IMG/VR virus record: IMGVR_UViG_3300036945_000641
Coordinates: 9,240 to 73,239 of that record
Length of the DNA stretch: 64,000 bases
Source of the DNA: a virus
Strand: one strand, 5' to 3'
Part shown: positions 58,944 through 64,000 of the stretch, one piece after another
Layout: each line of letters begins with the position of its first letter
Position numbering within the stretch: position 1 is the stretch's first letter
Position numbers and translations under genes: made by a program
The notes under the pieces: model-generated
Told to the model about the DNA's origin: nothing
Seen by the model: only the letters and a program-made list of their open reading frames with translations
The model's database searches: none

Positions 58944-59018
58944 TGGTATCCATGGACAATTCCGAGATGTCGACCTAACGCTTATCAAGCGTTTGCTCTG
59001 CCTCTGAGCTACACGGAT
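58944..59018 (-). tRNA. tRNA-Ile (GAT)
   Basis: Cloverleaf, loop TTGATAA; non-canonical T loop CTCGGAA. Confidence 0.88.
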
Positions 59019-59023
59019 ATAAT

Positions 59024-59098
59024 TGGTACTCCCGAACGGTTTCGATCCGTCTTTTCCGCCTTGAAAGGGCAGCGTCCTAGCCAGTAGACGACGGGAGC
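59024..59098 (-). tRNA. tRNA-Glu (TTC)
   Basis: Cloverleaf, loop CTTTCAA. Confidence 0.92.
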
Positions 59099-59108
59099 AT
59101 TATTCTAT

Positions 59109-59184
59109 TGGTACCGATGATTGGACTCGAACCAACCACACACAGATTTTCAGTCTGCTGCTCTACCTGATGAGCTACATCGGC
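59109..59184 (-). tRNA. tRNA-Phe (GAA)
   Basis: Cloverleaf, loop CTGAAAA. Confidence 0.95.
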
Positions 59185-59400
59185 TTAAAATGCTGGATTT
59201 TGTTCTTGCCATACTAGCGACTCATGACTTCCACAGTCATTACGCCAAGCACACTGCGACAACAGTTTAGTTGAGCAGTCATCAAAACCCCAGCAATGTG
59301 GAGGATTAGTACCTCGCATTGATTTAATTTGTTGCAGTATATGATAGCGTCGATTGCTGAGATTAGCTTCTTTGTCTAGTAACTTTTGTATTTCAGTCAT
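59185..59400 (-). CDS. Cys-rich hypothetical protein
   Basis: HCWGFDDCS...CAWRNDC; start MTEIQ. Confidence 0.55.
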   Translation of the reverse strand: MTEIQKLLDKEANLSNRRYHILQQIKSMRGTNPPHCWGFDDCSTKLLSQCAWRNDCGSHESLVWQEQNPAF

Positions 59401-59401
59401 T

Positions 59402-59430
59402 ATTATACCGCATTTTGAAAAGTATTTCAA
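59402..59430 (-). promoter_or_regulatory. sigma70 promoter
   Basis: TTGAAA-17-TATAAT. Confidence 0.7.
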
Positions 59431-59446
59431 GTCTAAAAATAGCTGA

Positions 59447-59520
59447 GGGGTGACCACTGGGAATCGAACCCAGACTAAAAGAATCACAATCTCGGGTGCT
59501 AACCGTTACACTATGGCCAC
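59447..59520 (-). tRNA. tRNA-His (GTG)
   Basis: Cloverleaf, loop TTGTGAT, C73; terminal A of CCA not encoded; T at -1. Confidence 0.88.
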
Positions 59521-59533
59521 ACCTAAGCTATCT

Positions 59534-59621
59534 TGGCGGAAGTAGTAGGATTCGAACCTACGCGCCGATTTCTCAACGACAGTTTAGCAAACTGCTGGTT
59601 TAACCACTCACCCATACTTCC
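59534..59621 (-). tRNA. tRNA-Ser (GCT)
   Basis: Long variable arm, loop TTGCTAA. Confidence 0.93.
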
Positions 59622-59748
59622 ACATATGTATAACCCCAACTACACTTTACGGTTCAAGCGCAATGTTCGAGGATTACAACTACTAGGCTAGTTAGACCGT
59701 TCGTAACCAACTGGAGAACTACTCCAGCTTAGGGTTATACATATATGG
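59620..59748 (-). ncRNA. stem-closed cassette E
   Basis: 17-bp stem (one G.U on minus strand) pairing Lys CCA with Ser 5' GG. Confidence 0.6.
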
Positions 59749-59820
59749 TAGACGCACAGAGAATCGAACTCTGATTACCTCGTTAAAAGCAAGGTACTTT
59801 AGCCGTTAAGTTATACGTCC
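59746..59820 (-). tRNA. tRNA-Lys (TTT)
   Basis: Cloverleaf, loop CTTTTAA. Confidence 0.92.
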
Positions 59821-59939
59821 AGGTTTCGCTTCCATTCACCACGAAGCTGCTTGTGGGTTTTTTGATGAGAACCCGCGCCGTTACGCTTGATTAAAGCTAT
59901 AACAACGTGGTTTCGTGGTTTTCGTGTTTTTGTTTTCAT
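59811..59939 (-). CDS. 42-aa basic protein (not in ORF track)
   Basis: MKTKTRKPRNHVVIALIKRNGAGSHQKTHKQLRGEWKRNLDV; aagg RBS. Confidence 0.6.
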   Translation of the reverse strand: MKTKTRKPRNHVVIALIKRNGAGSHQKTHKQLRGEWKRNLDV

Positions 59940-60069
59940 AGGATAACCTTTTAATTTCTAAAGGTACAAATTCTTTTTGAGTTGTTTGATAGAACATAGG
60001 TATAAACTCTTTGTATACAGTCCAACTACCTGATGGATTAAACGGAAGTTTACACATAGTACGTTCCTT

Positions 60070-60144
60070 TGGTGGAAGATAGGAGATTCGAACTCCTGAC
60101 TCAAGCTTGCAAAGCTAGCGCGTTCCCAATTACGCCAATCCCCC
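60070..60144 (-). tRNA. tRNA-Ala (TGC)
   Basis: G3.U70, loop TTTGCAA. Confidence 0.93.
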
Positions 60145-60151
60145 GATTGTT

Positions 60152-60235
60152 TGGTGGGCAAAGAGAGACTCGAACTCTCAATCCTTTCGGCACTGGCTTC
60201 TAAGACCAGCGTGTATACCATTCCACCACTTGCCC
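60152..60235 (-). tRNA. tRNA-Leu (TAG)
   Basis: Long variable arm, loop CTTAGAA. Confidence 0.95.
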
Positions 60236-60384
60236 ATTAATTAAGTATTATCGCGCCCATTTGTCTACAGGATAGCTAGTCCAGACAAGCGAATGGCGGT
60301 TATATTAGGACCTGTTCCTCGCACAGTTAGGCCCGCATAGTGCTAACGTCTTAGCACGATACCCTGATAATACTTAATTAATGG
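60234..60384 (-). ncRNA. stem-closed cassette F
   Basis: Perfect 19-bp inverted repeat ccattaattaagtattatc; multi-hairpin interior. Confidence 0.6.
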
Positions 60385-60455
60385 TCAAGGCGGCAAGAAT
60401 CGAACTTGCGCTACAACGTCCCAAACGTCGGGTGATGCCATTTCACTACGCCCTG
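60382..60455 (-). tRNA. tRNA-Pro (TGG)
   Basis: C1-G72, loop TTTGGGA. Confidence 0.92.
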
Positions 60456-60461
60456 AAATAC

Positions 60462-60628
60462 TGGTAGATCGGGCAGGACTCGAACCTGCTTCCTAAAATT
60501 ATACGACCCCATAACCATTTATTCGAATTCAGGCCACCAGAACTCACTTGCTTGCGGCATTGGAGAGTGTTAGGTGAAGGGGGGATGTATGCTAGCTTTG
60601 TGCTTTAACCATGTTAAGCTACCGATCC
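60462..60628 (-). ncRNA. 167-nt tRNA-like RNA with ~90-nt anticodon-loop insertion
   Basis: Acceptor stem GGATCGG/CCGATCT-ACCA, D arm, T arm GCAGG-TTCGAGT-CCTGC. Confidence 0.8.
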
Positions 60629-60745
60629 ATATATTAGCATAATCAATATTACCATGTTGACGCATGGCTTTTCGCAGTCCGTCAAAACCACCAATACGGC
60701 TCCTGCTATCTTGCAGAAGGCATACTGTCAATTACGCTAATATAT
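60629..60745 (-). ncRNA. stem-closed cassette G
   Basis: 15-bp stem with G.U only on minus strand; ttgacg/cgtcaa loop pairing. Confidence 0.55.
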
Positions 60746-60931
60746 AGAGAGTGTCCCTAAACACTCAACATATAGTCTTGAACCAGGACGACAATCCTGC
60801 TGTATCTTAGATATCCAAACATTCCTTCTACAGCGGCAGGACGTTTATTTTAGTGACGGAGCTTGCATCCGCCTCGACCGAAGTGAGCCACAATAACTAG
60901 GGAGTTGTTAGTGTAGGCTTGGCGGGACTAA

Positions 60932-61180
60932 TTAAAAAGGAGCAACACCCACATCCGCTAAACACTGCTTGTAAACACTGAGATTCTCAGATTTTGCAGC
61001 ACTTGCTGATGGTGTTGATGTGGCAGCTTTTTGGTAAACACCAAGCTTTACCAATTTCATACGCACACTTGCAACTGATTTTGCATACTGCTCTGCTAAC
61101 GCTTCTAGTGTAGTGCCAGCTGCATACTTTGCTGTAATTTCTTTTATGTCTTGCTCAGAATACACAAATTTTGTTGCCAT
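60932..61180 (-). CDS. small HTH protein (D3-like motif)
   Basis: LEALAEQYAKSVASVRMKLVKLGVY. Confidence 0.7.
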   Translation of the reverse strand: MATKFVYSEQDIKEITAKYAAGTTLEALAEQYAKSVASVRMKLVKLGVYQKAATSTPSASAAKSENLSVYKQCLADVGVAPF

Positions 61181-61184
61181 AATA

Positions 61185-61207
61185 TCTCCAAATCAGACTA
61201 TATTATA
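61185..61207. repeat. 23-bp direct repeat, copy 1 (-10 box plus leader)
   Basis: tctccaaatcagactatattata, identical at 61732-61754. Confidence 0.8.
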
Positions 61208-61230
61208 TCAACAAACAGCGGCTTCGTCAA
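61202..61230 (-). promoter_or_regulatory. sigma70 promoter
   Basis: TTGACG-17-TATAAT. Confidence 0.8.
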
Positions 61231-61537
61231 GACTCAAAATTTTGATTGTTGCATCACCGCGCTGTTCAGCATCTTTGAGCCAATGTGCTAACACACCTTG
61301 CATTAGTGAGCTCATGTGATAGTTGTTGGCATGACAGCGGTATGTGCTACCCGAATACCCATCAAACTCAAACCACTGGCCTTCACGACGAACAGCAGTG
61401 ATTCCACTGTTAAGTTTCCATGAATTACTACCAGCAAATCCACCATACCAACCTGCAAATACTTTGCGAATAGGTGTTTCTAGTTGTGGAGCATCAAACT
61501 CTAACACAACCCAAACATCAGGAGTATACACACTCAT
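61208..61537 (-). CDS. conserved phage protein
   Basis: YTPDVWVVL...WYGGFAGSNSWKLNSGI...GSTYRC. Confidence 0.7.
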   Translation of the reverse strand: MSVYTPDVWVVLEFDAPQLETPIRKVFAGWYGGFAGSNSWKLNSGITAVRREGQWFEFDGYSGSTYRCHANNYHMSSLMQGVLAHWLKDAEQRGDATIKILSLDEAAVC

Positions 61538-61725
61538 TTTAGTGACTCCTTGTACTGTTTGATAGCAGCCGCATCAAGTGATGCGTATGTGCGAAATTTA
61601 TCTTTGCCATGTAAATCATAGCATTGTTCAGCTAATGCGCGCAAGTTAACCAGCTTGTCTTGAGCAAGCACAGTGTAACGGCTAACAAAAGCATCAACTA
61701 AAAACTCTCGTGTATATCCTGCCAT
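61534..61725 (-). CDS. hypothetical protein
   Basis: 63 aa with ggag RBS. Confidence 0.6.
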   Translation of the reverse strand: MAGYTREFLVDAFVSRYTVLAQDKLVNLRALAEQCYDLHGKDKFRTYASLDAAAIKQYKESLK

Positions 61726-61748
61726 ATTATTTCTCCAAATCAGACTAT

Positions 61749-61777
61749 ATTATAATCTGATTCAGAGACTTAATCAA
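61749..61777 (-). promoter_or_regulatory. sigma70 promoter (overlaps repeat copy 2)
   Basis: TTGATT-17-TATAAT. Confidence 0.75.
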
Positions 61778-61791
61778 GTCTTTATTCCTAG

Positions 61792-61866
61792 TGGTCCGGC
61801 CTACAGGAATCGAACCCATATTCACGGTGTAGAAGACCGCTGTATTATCCATTATACTAAGGCCGG
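61792..61866 (-). tRNA. tRNA-Arg (TCT)
   Basis: Cloverleaf, loop CTTCTAC, CCA. Confidence 0.9.
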
Positions 61867-61870
61867 TAAT

Positions 61871-62344
61871 TTACTTGCTGGTAACTGGCCCGTATGGTTG
61901 GAATAGCTCAGTTTCAAAGAAACCTTGCAACTGAGGGTCCATGTACTCAAAGTTGTCAGGAATGTTAAGCACAATCTGCTTTCGATCAATTTGCTCAAGC
62001 AAGTCCTGATGACCTAAGAAGTTATCTTCTAGTTGCCATAAATTCTCACCGTTAACAAATACAATCTTTTGAGCCCAGTTAATAAGATTAGCGCTACAAG
62101 GCACAAGGGCATAATTAAAATTACTGCCACAGCTACGAGCGTTAATGTTACGATGAACTGCCATAGCAGCACCAGTGGGGCTGCGAAGCAAACCTGCACT
62201 GCAAACAAACAACCATCGTGGAGCCTGTCCTTGATACTGGTTTGCGTAGGGTGCATTGGTTTGAAAAATACTGCTGTTTTTAGTGCCATCTGCGAACTCT
62301 TTGCGTAATTGTGTCATAGCGTCTTTACTTAGTGGTATCATCAT
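61871..62344 (-). CDS. low-molecular-weight PTP-like phosphatase
   Basis: LFVCSAGLLRSPT (CX5R), LNIPDNFEYMDP. Confidence 0.8.
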   Translation of the reverse strand: MMIPLSKDAMTQLRKEFADGTKNSSIFQTNAPYANQYQGQAPRWLFVCSAGLLRSPTGAAMAVHRNINARSCGSNFNYALVPCSANLINWAQKIVFVNGENLWQLEDNFLGHQDLLEQIDRKQIVLNIPDNFEYMDPQLQGFFETELFQPYGPVTSK

Positions 62345-63344
62345 GATGTTTAATTAGTTGGGTGCTTGCCAAGTTCTTTTGTTTTGATTCACACATTATA
62401 TCAGCGTGTGGACTAAATGTCAAGGCCCAAGTATTTACTGCCGAATTCCAGTAGTAGTCACTGTGCGCGCGAAGTTTAGCACTTGTAAAACCTAAAGACT
62501 TTAATGCTTTAAGGTCAGGGCGAGTTGTTGGGTCGTGATCTACAATTACATCTTCGCGTGACACTGAGTAGTGAATTACAGGGCGAACACCGCGCCAGCT
62601 ATCGCACACACGTTTAAAGCGTGGGTCACTAGGTTCAATATACTCGCCTGCATTAATCCAGTGGTGATGAATGTCGAGCACTAGTGCACAATGGTCAACT
62701 AGCTCTAGGCTAGCATCAAGACCCCATGTGAACTCTGCGTTTTCGATAGTAAGAGTATTACGTGCTTCTGGGCTAAGACGTTTTAGTGCTGCAATAATGC
62801 CTTGTGGGCCTTGTTTGCCACCTACGTGTACGTTACATTTAAAATCTTGAAAAGTTTTGCCGTAACCCATGTAGCGAATAAGATCAGCATGGTACTCAAA
62901 CTCTGTAATAGAATTTTCTACAATACCAGGATTGTCTGAGGCAAGCACACAGAACTGGCCTGGGTGGAAGCTAAGACGAATATCGTGTTCGCGAGCAAAA
63001 TCACCGCACATGCCAAGATGTGCCTCAATCTTTGCAACTACATCACGTTCAAAGTAAAACGGCATATAATCTTCGTGAGTATATGCAGGCAATAAATCGC
63101 TAGTAATACGAAACATACGCTGATTTGCTGGCTGCTTGGCAACATACTTTAGCTGACGATAAAACGCATTAAGGTTATGGTCGAGCAAACCCCACAGCTT
63201 TGATCGCTGACCATCTTGGGTTTGACGAGCAAGATATGTGATTGTTGTAGACTTGGTGTTTAAGTCAGGATGTGCAAGATCGTGCTCTGTTTGAATTTTA
63301 CAAGCAAAGCCGATGCGATTAATGTTTTGATTAAATGTTGTCAT
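62325..63344 (-). CDS. uvsE: UV damage endonuclease
   Basis: RIGFAC, RLSFHPGQF, NVH, IEN, LVLDIHHH, HYS, RAHSD, MCESK.KN. Confidence 0.9.
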   Translation of the reverse strand: MTTFNQNINRIGFACKIQTEHDLAHPDLNTKSTTITYLARQTQDGQRSKLWGLLDHNLNAFYRQLKYVAKQPANQRMFRITSDLLPAYTHEDYMPFYFERDVVAKIEAHLGMCGDFAREHDIRLSFHPGQFCVLASDNPGIVENSITEFEYHADLIRYMGYGKTFQDFKCNVHVGGKQGPQGIIAALKRLSPEARNTLTIENAEFTWGLDASLELVDHCALVLDIHHHWINAGEYIEPSDPRFKRVCDSWRGVRPVIHYSVSREDVIVDHDPTTRPDLKALKSLGFTSAKLRAHSDYYWNSAVNTWALTFSPHADIMCESKQKNLASTQLIKHHDDTTK

Positions 63345-63351
63345 AGCTTAT

Positions 63352-63380
63352 ATTATATCAAATTTAACACAACATTTCAA
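63352..63380 (-). promoter_or_regulatory. sigma70 promoter
   Basis: TTGAAA-17-TATAAT. Confidence 0.75.
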
Positions 63381-63388
63381 ATAAATAT

Positions 63389-63622
63389 TTATCGACCTAC
63401 TAGGCGTTCACAAACTTTACATATAGGCATACCATCTAGGTCTTCTATTAACTTGTCCGACCATATGTTACAGTGCGAACATTGGTCTATTGCATTTTGT
63501 AACAAGTCGTCACGAACATCGTCCATTTCAACGTCTAAGTCGTAACATACTTGGGACAAGGTCTTGCGTGTACCGTTAAGCGCTTTGGCTAGTCGTCGGT
63601 ACGGGGGGTTTATATCGGTCAT
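63389..63622 (-). CDS. Zn-finger protein
   Basis: CSHC...CKVC. Confidence 0.6.
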   Translation of the reverse strand: MTDINPPYRRLAKALNGTRKTLSQVCYDLDVEMDDVRDDLLQNAIDQCSHCNIWSDKLIEDLDGMPICKVCERLVGR

Positions 63623-63998
63623 CTAATTGTTTGTGAGTTTTTTCAAATTCTAATAGAAACATAATGCAACAGGCTGCGTGTGCTAGATGCGACAGACCCG
63701 ACTCAGGGTCACGATCTTCACCATCATTAAATGCTGTAATATGTCTCATTGCTGCACTTAAGGGTCTGCTCCAAGCAAAGCCTTTACGCCAATTATGTTC
63801 TGCGTACTTTTGTGCTCCAAACGCTAATACTGCGGCGGTTTGGTTCATTGCCTCTGTTGAAAGCAAGTGTAGAGGAAGTTTGTCTTGATCAAATTTTAGT
63901 GCGGTGCCAAACTGTTTTTGGATAGCAGCCAGGGTTTCTGGAGGAATGGTAACATTATCAGCAGGAATGGGAGTAACTTTTAAATTGTTGTCGCCAAT
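63576..63998 (-). CDS. dATP/dGTP diphosphohydrolase (DUF5664-like), 5' partial
   Basis: KFDQDK, FGAQKY..NWRKG, AAMRH, DPESGLSHLAHA; frame open to window end. Confidence 0.85.
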   Translation of the reverse strand: MGDNNLKVTPIPADNVTIPPETLAAIQKQFGTALKFDQDKLPLHLLSTEAMNQTAAVLAFGAQKYAEHNWRKGFAWSRPLSAAMRHITAFNDGEDRDPESGLSHLAHAACCIMFLLEFEKTHKQLDDRYKPPVPTTSQSA

Positions 63999-64000
63999 AC

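Noticed and set aside
59881-60057. 58-aa ORF MCKLPFNPS with an RBS
   Set aside because: Plausible but has no recognisable motif and overlaps the basic microprotein; insufficient support
59958-60221. 87-aa ORF (and similar 54212-54430 ORF)
   Set aside because: Runs through tRNA genes; translation of tRNA sequence
51310-60745. CRISPR array or MITEs as the explanation of the inverted-repeat cassettes
   Set aside because: Stems differ in sequence between cassettes, there are no direct repeats or evident target-site duplications, and no cas or transposase genes are present
48470-61866. Stop-codon recoding or suppressor tRNA
   Set aside because: No CTA, TTA or TCA anticodon; ORFs are intact under code 11 and use TAG/TGA stops

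Overview
64 kb segment of a T5-like (Demerecviridae-type organisation) lytic siphophage, probably from an aquatic proteobacterial host (inference). 1-25 kb (+): tape-measure C-terminus, tail tip, a long acidic repeat protein, four tail fibres each followed by a small partner gene, spanins, GH19 endolysin, membrane proteins, holin and phoH. 25-48 kb (-): a collagen/BclA plus Gly/Gln-rich gene pair, class II RNR, dUTPase and the T5-like replication block (D15-D10, polymerase, primase, helicase, D5, split ligase with a GIY-YIG gene between the halves, D3). 48-64 kb (-): an RNA-rich island with 26 tRNAs covering all 20 amino acids and a circularly permuted two-piece tmRNA (tag ANDNTYALAA). The island also holds a tRNA-like RNA with a 90-nt anticodon-loop insertion and at least seven structured cassettes closed by 15-19 bp AU-rich stems. 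An NlpC/P60 plus Hint-domain tail-tip-like module is inserted among the tRNAs. All calls were made by eye without database searches, so boundaries may be off by a few bases.
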